DNA from: a virus | IMG/VR virus record: IMGVR_UViG_3300045988_137393 | DNA: 64,000 bases | Reading direction: 5' to 3' (one strand) | Shown here: positions 27,151 through 37,300 of the stretch, in pieces | How the letters are laid out: every line of letters begins with the position of its first letter | Position numbering within the stretch: position 1 is the first letter of the stretch | Notes under the pieces: model-generated | Told to the model about the DNA's origin: nothing | Seen by the model: the letters and a program-made list of their open reading frames with translations, nothing else | The model's database searches: none | Made by a program: the position numbers and the translations under genes

Positions 27151-28665
27151 TTAACCTAAGTGGATAACTAACGGCATGTATCTAATATCTGTCGATGTTT
27201 GGTTTGTACGCCCAGTGAATCTAATGTGTAGACCCCATACTGATGCACTATTTGACAAATTGCATTGAATTAGTGAACCTTGTATATCAATATTCTCTCC
27301 ATTAAGTGTATTTACATCAACAATAACAATGCTATTAGCAGGTAACGATAATGTGACCGTAAGACTAGTAGTCGTTCCTGCAGGAGACTTTATGTCTTTG
27401 ACCCTATAGCCGCCATTGTTTATATCCCAATCGGTTTGTACACTTATTACATTGGAACCATTGTTGACTACACAAAACGGGTTTCCAGTAAATATGTTTT
27501 CGATGCCAAATGATGGTATTTTCTTACTATTTAGACTGCCGTTTAAAGTAGTTAATTGATCCTGTAAAGCCTTACCCTGTCTTGCGTCTAATACAAAATC
27601 AGCCTTAGTTGTAGTGAGATTATTTGCGACATTAGCTTTATCAATCTTATTATCAACCAAGGCTATTTTATCTTGTAATGTTTTAGCGAGAGCAATTACT
27701 TTTGTAGCATCGTCTCTTGTGATTGTGATCCCATCAACTTGAATTGTGTCTGCACCATGAAGAGTTCCGTCTTCGTCAGCAGTAATTGTAGTACCATCTG
27801 GGGTATATTTTGTCAGTCCATCTAACTTCTTTGCGTATTCCTTTGTCATAAGTCCATCGACTTTATTTGTAGCCTTTGGAATGGCGTTAGCAGAAATTGC
27901 AACCCATTTAGTACCATTATAACGATATGTATAATCAGTATCTTTTACATTAACCGTCCATCCGTCATTTGGAGTAGGATATGTAGTTGCAATGTCATCA
28001 AAAGTGCTAACAGCCTCTTTCCAGTCGATATTGGTTTCGAGAGTAGAAAGCTTGTTATCTACCTCAGATTTGGTATATTTGTCATCCCAAACCTTTTTTC
28101 CGTTTTCAAGGTCTGTTTTTAGTTGATTTTCCACACTTTCTGCTCGTGTTTTTTCCAAAGAAACCGCTGTTTCAAGTGAAGTGATTTTTTGGGTATTGTT
28201 TGAGATATTTGTGCCATTTTTTGAAATATCTTCTGTATTCTTTGACACATTTTTCTCAATTTCATCAACTTTTGCCTTTACGACTTTATTCTGAATCGGA
28301 TTTGTTGAGATAGAAGAGAGAGCATCATCAACAGGCAATCCTCTGACAATACCATTCTCGTCAATAGTAATTGTGTTTCCATCTATTTTGGATGCAATAT
28401 GTCCATTATTGTCATTAAGAGTAACAGGGTATCTTTTTATATTCTCATTTTCGCTTTTCTTACAAATATACAATCTATCATCTGAGTATTCAAAGTAATA
28501 TCCATTTAACTTGCTATTAATATTTCCAATGGCTTCATCAATCAGTCGAATATTACTTTTTCCACCAGTACCAGTTAAGGCTTCAAACACACTTGTCTGT
28601 AACTCATCATAGTCATCTCTAATAGACCACAATGTTACACCAGTATTCTGTAATATTTCAGACAT
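27151..28665 (-). CDS. tail fibre protein
   Basis: 504 aa. The central region is coiled-coil-like (NTEDISKNGTNISNNTQKITSLETAVSLEKTRAESVENQLKTDLE). It follows Dit/Tal and small structural genes. Site S1 at codon 374 separates the constant part from a 131-aa tip. Confidence 0.65.
   Translation of the reverse strand: MSEILQNTGVTLWSIRDDYDELQTSVFEALTGTGGKSNIRLIDEAIGNINSKLNGYYFEYSDDRLYICKKSENENIKRYPVTLNDNNGHIASKIDGNTITIDENGIVRGLPVDDALSSISTNPIQNKVVKAKVDEIEKNVSKNTEDISKNGTNISNNTQKITSLETAVSLEKTRAESVENQLKTDLENGKKVWDDKYTKSEVDNKLSTLETNIDWKEAVSTFDDIATTYPTPNDGWTVNVKDTDYTYRYNGTKWVAISANAIPKATNKVDGLMTKEYAKKLDGLTKYTPDGTTITADEDGTLHGADTIQVDGITITRDDATKVIALAKTLQDKIALVDNKIDKANVANNLTTTKADFVLDARQGKALQDQLTTLNGSLNSKKIPSFGIENIFTGNPFCVVNNGSNVISVQTDWDINNGGYRVKDIKSPAGTTTSLTVTLSLPANSIVIVDVNTLNGENIDIQGSLIQCNLSNSASVWGLHIRFTGRTNQTSTDIRYMPLVIHLG
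27528..27546 (-). repeat. recombination-site candidate S1 (plus strand tatttagactgccgtttaa) inside the tail fibre gene
   Basis: In frame it encodes LNGSLN at residues 374-379. It matches S2 at 18/19 and S3 (inverted) at 17/19. Confidence 0.75.
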
Positions 28666-28680
28666 TTAATTCTCCTTTCA

Positions 28681-29298
28681 TTAAATTGCTTTCTTTCTTC
28701 CCAAAGTTTCTATTGGTTCATTTGGGATTTCGCCTAAAGCACCCGATAAATTTCCTAACTTTAAGAAATACCAAGCCGCTGAATTTACAGGTGGATTATC
28801 AATTGAAATATCATTATTTGCAATACGAAGTACACTGCTAACAGAAGTGTTAGCCACTCCATCGAAAATGATAGAATTATCTTTCATTTTCTCAGGAATA
28901 GCAACATTATGTTTTACATCGTTTTTAATTTTTACTTCATTAATCATCTCGGAAACTTTGGCAACATAGATCCAGAAAGTGTTTACGATTTTTAGATTTG
29001 ATTCTGATGGGTGTAATTTTACCATCAGTTTATTTAAAAAATTATTCTTTACAATAATATTGTTTTCTGTTATCTTAGGATAAATTTTGAGAGAACTGTC
29101 AACGGTTTTGGTTGTAATTTTAATGACATTTGGTTTTGTTTTTAATCCAAGTCTCAGTCTTGTTACAACCGTATTTTTAATTTTAATGACATTCGCCCTA
29201 AACAATCCTTGAGTATAAGCAGTAATTCCATGTATCATCTCAGAATAACTATGTGAATTATCTATAATAGCTTTGATGCTATGGTAATTACTTCTCAT
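28681..29298 (-). CDS. hypothetical structural protein
   Basis: 205-aa ORF in the tail/baseplate block. Confidence 0.4.
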   Translation of the reverse strand: MRSNYHSIKAIIDNSHSYSEMIHGITAYTQGLFRANVIKIKNTVVTRLRLGLKTKPNVIKITTKTVDSSLKIYPKITENNIIVKNNFLNKLMVKLHPSESNLKIVNTFWIYVAKVSEMINEVKIKNDVKHNVAIPEKMKDNSIIFDGVANTSVSSVLRIANNDISIDNPPVNSAAWYFLKLGNLSGALGEIPNEPIETLGRKKAI

Positions 29299-29316
29299 AT
29301 TACCACCTCACATCTT

Positions 29317-29736
29317 CTAAGCATTAAGAATAGTGGTGGTCAATCCATTTTCAGGGAACTCCAAAATCGCACCTCTTGGTACTTCCTGCGTCTTTGTGAG
29401 CTGTCCATAAAAAAGCATATTACCGCCTGTCTCCTGGTCGAACATAGCCCAGTGAGTAATTGGTGCGGCTTGTGTAGTCCATGATTCTTCTGCCTCAGCA
29501 AAACGAAGTGTACTAGAATTTGAAATACTTCCACCATTAGCTGCGTTCCAATTCACAGAATTAGAAGAGATTGCCAATCGCTTATAACTTGAAGCGTCTG
29601 GTTCAGTACAATTCGATCCTGCATCTGTGGGTGCAGATTTACTCAATGCAACATAAATAATGCTTGGTGGAGTATAGCTTTCTCCTCTAAACTGATTATC
29701 AAGTGTTTTATTTTTTAAATATGTAGTCATTGCCAT
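29317..29736 (-). CDS. hypothetical tail-associated protein
   Basis: 139 aa, RBS aaggagga. The pattern YVALSKSAPTD...WAMFDQETGGNMLFYG recalls small phage tail-fibre-associated proteins, but no family is named with confidence. Confidence 0.4.
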   Translation of the reverse strand: MAMTTYLKNKTLDNQFRGESYTPPSIIYVALSKSAPTDAGSNCTEPDASSYKRLAISSNSVNWNAANGGSISNSSTLRFAEAEESWTTQAAPITHWAMFDQETGGNMLFYGQLTKTQEVPRGAILEFPENGLTTTILNA

Positions 29737-29760
29737 AATAGCTTTCCTCCTTATTTTTAA

Positions 29761-30114
29761 TTATTTAATTAAAGGTTTGATTGATATTTTGCCGAGATCA
29801 GCAACAAAGATAGAACTGTGAATATCTCGAATTATAATTTGATGTGTAAACTTTCCGAATAAGTTCATAGTGTCTGACGGTAGAAGAGTAATAGTAATTA
29901 CATTTTCCTCATATTTGACTTCACCTGGACTATCTGCTGAAGTTTTTGAAGCTAAACATTCGGTTTCTCCGTAGCGGCTCATTCGCCATTCAACAGATTC
30001 TATTGCTACATTTTTAAATTCTTCTCCAAGAATTGTATATAAATCTAGTGTAATTGTCTGTTGTGATCCTTCAATCATACCAAAGTCTGAATTGTTAAAT
30101 ACTTCACATGACAT
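29761..30114 (-). CDS. hypothetical protein
   Basis: 117 aa. The start overlaps the upstream stop (taaatg). Confidence 0.4.
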   Translation of the reverse strand: MSCEVFNNSDFGMIEGSQQTITLDLYTILGEEFKNVAIESVEWRMSRYGETECLASKTSADSPGEVKYEENVITITLLPSDTMNLFGKFTHQIIIRDIHSSIFVADLGKISIKPLIK

Positions 30115-30330
30115 TTACTTTACCTCATTATTTTGTGACTCCTTTGTTACATTTTCTTTTTTATCCTCTATAATAGGACTATTAAGAATCACACTAATTT
30201 GTGCGATTCCTTGCGCTTGTTTAATTCCTGTAAAATTCATAGAATTCAGAATATTAAAAAGAAGTTGTATCTTATCTTTTGGATAAGAGACAACTTCCTG
30301 TACTTGTGTATTATTCTGTTTTTGTTCCAT
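30115..30330 (-). CDS. hypothetical protein
   Basis: Start taken at the internal Met after aagaaaggg, which avoids overlap with the Tal stop. 71 aa. Confidence 0.35.
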   Translation of the reverse strand: MEQKQNNTQVQEVVSYPKDKIQLLFNILNSMNFTGIKQAQGIAQISVILNSPIIEDKKENVTKESQNNEVK

Positions 30331-30343
30331 ATTAACCCTTTCT

Positions 30344-33241
30344 TTATTTCTTTTTGAACGTTCTATTACACCATGATTTTGTTGCATAACCACTTAAGTC
30401 AGATGCAGTAACCATTTTACGATATACTTCAGACAACTTATCTGCTACATATTCATTTACATACGTTTGAACATAATCTGGCGTTGCTCCTGTCAAAATA
30501 CCAGAACTATAATTAGAAAAATCAATGAGCCTAGATCCACCGCCATATGTTCCAACTGCAACTGAGTAAGATGCTTCGATATCTTTTGTACTTTTTGGAA
30601 GCGAAGAAGAAGTGATAAGTTGTTCACCGTTTGCAAAAATTGTACCTTTTAGATTGATAACATTTGATTGAATATTCAATTCGTTAGAACCATTTATATA
30701 ATTACAATTCATAGAATTAGAGAATATACTATTATTACTTATTATTGTTCCGTCATTATTTCCATTAGATAATAACTGTATTAAGCTTGGAGATATTATA
30801 CTTGTTCCATAGTCACCATCATACCATAAATATCCATTTGTAATTCCCCAATCACCAATTAACCCCGCATTTGCTTTCATATTTCCATATTTATCCACTA
30901 AAAAGTTACCATTGTTTATATTAATACTTCCACCAATAAGATCTCCACTAAACGTACCTTTGTTTGCGGTTAAATTACCATCTTTATCAACCGTAAATGT
31001 CCCATTACCAAGATTGATAGAGCCACCTTTTAACTGACCGCTGAAAATGCCACTAGAACCAGTCAAATCGCCCATAAAATGCACATTACCATCTGAGTCA
31101 ACGTAAAACTGTTTGTTATTCCCCTTATAAATAGAAAATAATTCTTCACTTTGATTCGGTTGAATTCGTACAGAGTTATTACCACTTTTAGCAATAAAAC
31201 CAGCATCATCAAATTTATAAGTACCTGAATTGTTTTGTAAAGTAAGATATTCTCCCAAAAATAATTTTCCTAAAATTGCTTCGGCATTTACGGCATAAAC
31301 AGTATTTCCATTTTTGTCAATGGGAATCTTACCGATAGCCATTTTTGCACTCTGGAAACCATCATCTGAAAATACAATTTGGTTGTTAATAATCTTAATC
31401 TGTTCGGGATCAAAGTCATTCTTCTGTTCATTCCATTGCCTGAACCACATTCCAGTTTCGTCCCATGATTGATGTTGATTTTTTACAGGAATATTTGCAA
31501 CATCTAATCCATATTTCCGCATTTCCTCAACAAAGTTACTCTGATTTACAGACTTATCGTATTGGTCTTTGTTAAACTGAAAGCTCATAGCAGCAGAGTT
31601 AGCCTGTGAAATGATACTGGCTACATCATTACATACACCATGCACACGAATAGCATCAGAGAATGTTACGTCAATTTTACTTGTGTCGTTATAATCAACT
31701 GTAAAACTAATCAATCTCAATTTAATTACAGTATCATAATCAGTAGCCATTCTTATGAAGTTGCCAAGTTGGAAATACTTTAAGAATCCTTTGAATTGTG
31801 GAATAGTGAGAACATTAGAAAGAGTAGAAGTGTACTGATATTGTGGTCGGCATTTCTTGGATAAATCCTTCCATGCAACATCATATAGCTGACGTTCAAT
31901 GTCGAATCTCTCTGTATCAGTTGTATTATCTGTAGTAATATAATTGTCGTTACTATATGTTTCCTCTACAACATAAGAATCAAGTGTTTTCCATTCATCC
32001 TTAGTAAACCATTTATCCATATCCAACTGAGATTGAACAGCATTTCTTTCTGCGATAATAGAATTATATACATCTGTAGCAGAATCAACCTCAGACTTTC
32101 TTTTATTGTATTCGGCAGTAACATTGTTCAAATCCTCAAGATTTTGCTGATACAGATTATAGTTAAAAGAATTTGGCTTATTCATACCTTGGGCACAATA
32201 AACTTCATCTATGTTCTTGAACGATTTAACCTTTGAATCCAGAAAATCCAATCCACATTTCGTCCAATCCTTAGAATCCAAACTATCAGGTAATCTCGTT
32301 TCAAGTTCCTGAATAACACCAATCTGATCACCAAGATGCTTCATAATTTCTTCGTACTGTGGTTTTAAAGATTGATATTTTTCATTATATAACTTTACTT
32401 TGTTCTGAATAGATTCTTCCATTTCAGGTAAATAATATTCAAAATTATAAATCTTATTTGTGCTATTTGGATTGACTTCATTGATATAAATTCCATCACC
32501 ACCATTTACACGATAGCATGTAATAATGCTATTTTCATCAATGCTTTCTATCATAGACTGCGCAAGATTATCCATTGAGATATAGATATTTGTATCTTCT
32601 CCATAATCGTCTAAATCATAAGCATTTATAGTCATATTGAATGTATCGAAAACAAACAAACAATTAAATGCTTCTGATACATCACCAGTCAAAAATGAAT
32701 ATATATCTATATCGTCCTCGTCAAAACTTCTTTGTTTGTTAGCAAGAGTAGCATCTACATGACCAACCGACCAACTTGGAGCAACATTCAATACACGATG
32801 CAATAAACTTCCTTTAGGGTTTGTAGGATCGTAGAAGATGGTCTTTACATAATCGTCATACAAAATCTCGCCCGTATTACATTCAAAATCAATGAGTCGC
32901 TTGTTACACAATGTACACTCTAATGAATTTGCTGTAATACTTTTTGAGATCCCTGTATTCTCAATATTAGTCTCCGCATGAATTTTATACCAGCCAATAC
33001 CCTGTACCATAATCAAACGATCTTCTTGAAAATCGTCATAATGTTCATATTTCTTACCATTGATATCTCTATAGATTTTAAAAGAAGCAGTCTGATAAGC
33101 ATTTAGATTAAAAGTAAGAGATAAATCATCATAAATACTTACTGCACCAAGAAAAGTTTTATCCTTTTTAGCAATGTAGATAATTGGTTTTTCAAGATTG
33201 TTCAAGAAATCAACGGGTAAATTAAATGATTGAACCGCCAT
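30344..33241 (-). CDS. tail-associated lysin / prophage endopeptidase-tail family protein (Tal-like)
   Basis: 965 aa, immediately after Dit. The Gly-rich repeats GDLTGSSGIFSGQLKGGSINLGNGTF / GTFSGDLIGGSININNGNF are typical of siphovirus Tal C-terminal regions. The assignment is positional. Confidence 0.55.
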   Translation of the reverse strand: MAVQSFNLPVDFLNNLEKPIIYIAKKDKTFLGAVSIYDDLSLTFNLNAYQTASFKIYRDINGKKYEHYDDFQEDRLIMVQGIGWYKIHAETNIENTGISKSITANSLECTLCNKRLIDFECNTGEILYDDYVKTIFYDPTNPKGSLLHRVLNVAPSWSVGHVDATLANKQRSFDEDDIDIYSFLTGDVSEAFNCLFVFDTFNMTINAYDLDDYGEDTNIYISMDNLAQSMIESIDENSIITCYRVNGGDGIYINEVNPNSTNKIYNFEYYLPEMEESIQNKVKLYNEKYQSLKPQYEEIMKHLGDQIGVIQELETRLPDSLDSKDWTKCGLDFLDSKVKSFKNIDEVYCAQGMNKPNSFNYNLYQQNLEDLNNVTAEYNKRKSEVDSATDVYNSIIAERNAVQSQLDMDKWFTKDEWKTLDSYVVEETYSNDNYITTDNTTDTERFDIERQLYDVAWKDLSKKCRPQYQYTSTLSNVLTIPQFKGFLKYFQLGNFIRMATDYDTVIKLRLISFTVDYNDTSKIDVTFSDAIRVHGVCNDVASIISQANSAAMSFQFNKDQYDKSVNQSNFVEEMRKYGLDVANIPVKNQHQSWDETGMWFRQWNEQKNDFDPEQIKIINNQIVFSDDGFQSAKMAIGKIPIDKNGNTVYAVNAEAILGKLFLGEYLTLQNNSGTYKFDDAGFIAKSGNNSVRIQPNQSEELFSIYKGNNKQFYVDSDGNVHFMGDLTGSSGIFSGQLKGGSINLGNGTFTVDKDGNLTANKGTFSGDLIGGSININNGNFLVDKYGNMKANAGLIGDWGITNGYLWYDGDYGTSIISPSLIQLLSNGNNDGTIISNNSIFSNSMNCNYINGSNELNIQSNVINLKGTIFANGEQLITSSSLPKSTKDIEASYSVAVGTYGGGSRLIDFSNYSSGILTGATPDYVQTYVNEYVADKLSEVYRKMVTASDLSGYATKSWCNRTFKKK

Positions 33242-34038
33242 CAGATCACCACCTTCCTTATTGGTCTATATTTCATAGTAAGAGTGCAATTACCCTCAAC
33301 CTTAAATATGTTCGTTCTCTTGTTAATGTCGTTTACAATACGTGGAAGTTTATAGTTGGTATCGTTGTAGATTTTATGTGATATAGCTGTAGAAGTGATT
33401 TCTAAGATTGTTCCATCAATTTTTATAACTTCATTATTGATGCAATTATCCAGCTTGAAAATTTCACCTGATGTTTCATTGGTAATTTTGAGGTTACAAG
33501 CACTGGAAATATCAATTTCTATATCGGGATAAATATAACCAATTTCATCACTCATATCTACAAACTTTAACATACCAATACCATTTTCTGTTGTTACCTT
33601 TAGTGTAATTAACTGTCCAAACCAAAATGGGGCATCTGTTGTCCCTGTGATTGTAATCCCAATAATATCACCAGCTATAGAAATAGGGGATACATTTAAT
33701 TGTGCATTAAAATGAACTGTATCATAATCTAATCGTGTAACTGTGAATTCCTTATAATTATCTTTCCTCTGTAACCATCGAGCAATTGTAGAATACTCAT
33801 ATGAATCAATTGGCTCAAAATTCTGTTTCATAACTTGGAATTCAAACTTAATCGCTTCTGAATAACTTGAATTTCCATTTTTATACCATCTATTTTGAAT
33901 AGGAGAGGAGGTTAGTGTAAATTCAATATTGCCACCTGTCGTATCAGATGGAGTATTCCCGTCAAATTCACATACCATCAGTCCATACTCATCAGAGGTC
34001 TTATTATCAAAAGTAAAACCACGAGTTTGAATTGTCAT
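33241..34038 (-). CDS. distal tail protein (Dit-like)
   Basis: 265 aa, positioned between the tape measure and Tal. The N-terminus TIQTRGFTFDNKTSDEYGLMV is typical of siphovirus tail-component family proteins. Confidence 0.55.
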   Translation of the reverse strand: MTIQTRGFTFDNKTSDEYGLMVCEFDGNTPSDTTGGNIEFTLTSSPIQNRWYKNGNSSYSEAIKFEFQVMKQNFEPIDSYEYSTIARWLQRKDNYKEFTVTRLDYDTVHFNAQLNVSPISIAGDIIGITITGTTDAPFWFGQLITLKVTTENGIGMLKFVDMSDEIGYIYPDIEIDISSACNLKITNETSGEIFKLDNCINNEVIKIDGTILEITSTAISHKIYNDTNYKLPRIVNDINKRTNIFKVEGNCTLTMKYRPIRKVVI

Positions 34039-34055
34039 GGCAACCTCCTTTCTTT

Positions 34056-34310
34056 TTACATCCTTTTCTTCATTTCTTTTTCATATTTCTTTTTGAGTTT
34101 TTTCATTTCTCTGTTTGTCCCAGAAAACTCTTTATTCAATTTCTGTGTCTCAGAAATAATATCTTGTAATTCCTTAATATCACTTCCAAAACTTTCAATT
34201 TCTTTCTCTAATTCAGTGTTTTTCTCCTGTAACTTCCGAATCTGTTCATCACGTTCAAGAAGCAGTTTTTCAAGAATACTTACTTTTCTTTCATTAGTCA
34301 CTTCTGACAT
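34056..34310 (-). CDS. small coiled-coil protein
   Basis: 84 aa, heptad-rich and K/E-rich, RBS ggagga. Confidence 0.4.
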   Translation of the reverse strand: MSEVTNERKVSILEKLLLERDEQIRKLQEKNTELEKEIESFGSDIKELQDIISETQKLNKEFSGTNREMKKLKKKYEKEMKKRM

Positions 34311-34323
34311 ACGTTTTCCTCCA

Positions 34324-34353
34324 TTAAAATAGGAGAGGATATTTCACCTCTCC
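34324..34353 (-). terminator. intrinsic terminator-like hairpin after the large tape-measure ORF
   Basis: Stem ggagagg / cctctcc with an 8-nt loop, followed on the minus strand by tattttaatgg. Confidence 0.5.
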
Positions 34354-34358
34354 ATAAA

Positions 34359-37300
34359 TTATCTTCTTACTCCTTTGGCATAAGTTGCTTGGTTAATCTT
34401 TCTCACAACATTTTCAGCCTGTTTCTGAGCAACACCTTCCATCTGCTTAACAATCTTGTCTGTAGCGACACCTTCAACAATCGTTCTGTTGTCGATTTGA
34501 TAAGTAGGAGATTGGGATGAAACTTTCTCAATAGGAATGTTCTTCAGATTGCCAATAATAGAATCAATCTGTGGAATAACAGGCTTAAAATTCAACAATG
34601 CTTGCGTCTGTTCCTTAGAAAGTACAGCTTCGCCACGTTGTAAGAAACTAATACCATCTTCACCAGAAAGTTTAACAAGATCCTTAATCACACCGCCAGT
34701 TGAGAACGAAGCGTCTTTTATAAGTTTCTTGAGAGCTGAAGCAATTTTCTCTCTATCATTCTTACCAGACAAATCACTTTTTACAGATACACCAAGTTTC
34801 TTCGCAAGAGCAACTTCATTAGCTATACTCAGAACTTGTTTATGCTGTTTATCATAAAGATACTGATTAAGAGCACCGTAATACGATTTCTTGTGTGTTG
34901 CCGAATCTGAATGCTTAGATATCCATTCTGTAATATCACTTGCTTTCTTTTTGAGTTCATACAATTTCTGTTGCTTATCGGTATTGTTACTTCCTGAAGA
35001 ACCAGAACCGTTTCCGCTTGAAGTTCCTGAATCGTTTGATGATCCAATACCTTGTGTGTCTGTAACTTTTGTCTCTGCATACTTGGCACTTGCTTCAGCG
35101 GCTCTGTCAGCAGCATCACAAATAGATTGCCACGAAGATGCAATCAAACTAAGTTGTGCTGTAATGTTTGGAATGTTAGAAGATAATGTGCTTGCATAAT
35201 CACCTACAGCGTTTCCACCCTTTTCCCAAGCATTCACAATGTACGATGATATATCATATCCAGTATCCTTTGCGATTTTCTCAATATTAGATGCAACCTG
35301 TGAAGAGTTAGCATTTACATATGTGAGAGCATCAGAGAAAACTTTATCTGTATCTTTCAGGTAGTCTTCAGCTTGTTTTTTGCTATTTTCAAGCATCTTA
35401 TCGAGAGCATCTTCCTGATCGGAAACAGAATGATCGTACAACATGTCCGATCTATCTTTCTGTGCGTCTTGAAGATCGGATTTAAGTTGTTGTAATTTCT
35501 TCCGATTTTCTTCAGAATCGTCGCCTTCCAAAGCCGCAATCTGCTTTTCTAACTTAGCGATATTTTTATTAGAATCAGCTAACTTATCATTCCACTCTTT
35601 TAAGGACTTGTCTGTTTCTAACAATTCCTTTTTCTTCGAAATTGCTTCTTCCAAAGCATTATTCTGCGCATCTAATCCTTGCTTTACATAAGCAGCTAAC
35701 GACTTCTTCGCTTCATTAGCAGACTTGATAGAATCACGCTGACCTTGCTGATAAGTTCTCAACTTAGAGTTGTAATCGTTAAGACCAATTTTGCCCTCAT
35801 TATACATCTCATTCAAATCAGCAATAGCATCTTTGTACTTCTGAGCCTCAGCAAGATATGTATCATAATTCTGAGCGGTCAATCCCATAGCAGTAATACC
35901 ATCCTGCGTAATCATTCCCGTATCACTGTCAAACAGATTGTCAGAATCAAGCATGTCAATTAAGAAATCTGTCTCGTCCGTGATGTCTCCAAGCTTATCA
36001 AGTAACTCGTCAAAACGATCAAACTTCAACTCATTGATAGACTTTTGAAACTCCGCAAGTTCTTGCTCATCCTGTTGAATAGATTCATAGACACCATTTA
36101 ATGCTTCTTGTGCTTCATACCATTCATCGCTACCAAACTTAATCGTAGATAATTTCTTTGCAAGTTCTTCAGCTTCTTCCTGTTTAAGCTGCATATCAGA
36201 CTTAACGGCATCTGCTTGACGTGTATAATAAGCTTCACCTATTAACAGACCTTTTGCTTCAGCTATACTAAGAGAATTGGAAACAGCGTTCTTTCTCTGC
36301 TCAATCAGCCCGGCTTTATTGTCATATCTTGCCTGTACCTCATCAAAGTGATCTTTCCTAGTCTGACGCACATTAGAGGTATGATCCTCTTTAGCCTGAT
36401 TATAATTATCAGTTGCGGTATTCTTTGCAAGAAGATATTCATTATGTGCTATGCACTTTTTCCTAAGAGTGTCATTTTCAATCTTGTTAATAAGATTATA
36501 CGAAATTGACTTATTGGATTTTAAATTACTCTTAATAGAATTAAATTCATTTTGAGTAAGACCAATGTTTTTAGCTTTTGTTTTTTTAAGAGACTTTGTA
36601 AGAGAACTCTTATTGGATTTATAACTCTTTGTTGCACCAGTATAAGCAGTTTTTGAAGCTGATAACTGGCTATTGTAGTTTTTAATAATCTGTTTATACA
36701 GATTGTCAATATCAGACGTACCGATTTTCTTTGTTGGATTAAATGTAAGATTACCTACCTTGGCATTCAGAATATCCATCTTTGTTCCAAGTTTTTCAAT
36801 CTTATCAGAAGCACTGTCAATCGGGTTGTTCGCTAAAGTCTCATATAAATCCTTTAACTGATCCGTAAGACTGGTAACCTGTTCCTTGCAAGATTTTGCC
36901 TTTTCATACCAAGTCTGATAATCTTTCATGGCATTTTTCAGGTTTTCATTTTTGATAGTCTGGATTCCATCAGCGTCCAATGTACCATTACGGATAAGTT
37001 TCTTGTAATGTTCCAGTGTCTTGGATGATACACCTTTTTTGACCTTTTTTACATTCTTTCCGCTGCTAGAAGATGTAGATGTTGCATTGTTGATTTTGCT
37101 AAAACGTGAACCAGATACAAAATCCTTACGAGATGAAAGCTTGGAAACTCTTACAGATGCGCCAGTATGAGGGGATTCAATAAACTTACCGTCTCCACCA
37201 TAAATACCTACATGTGTGATGTTGTTTTTGCTTCCAAAGAATACTAAGTCACCAGCTTGCAAATTTTTCTTCGATGTGATTTTTGTCCCCATCTTAGCCT

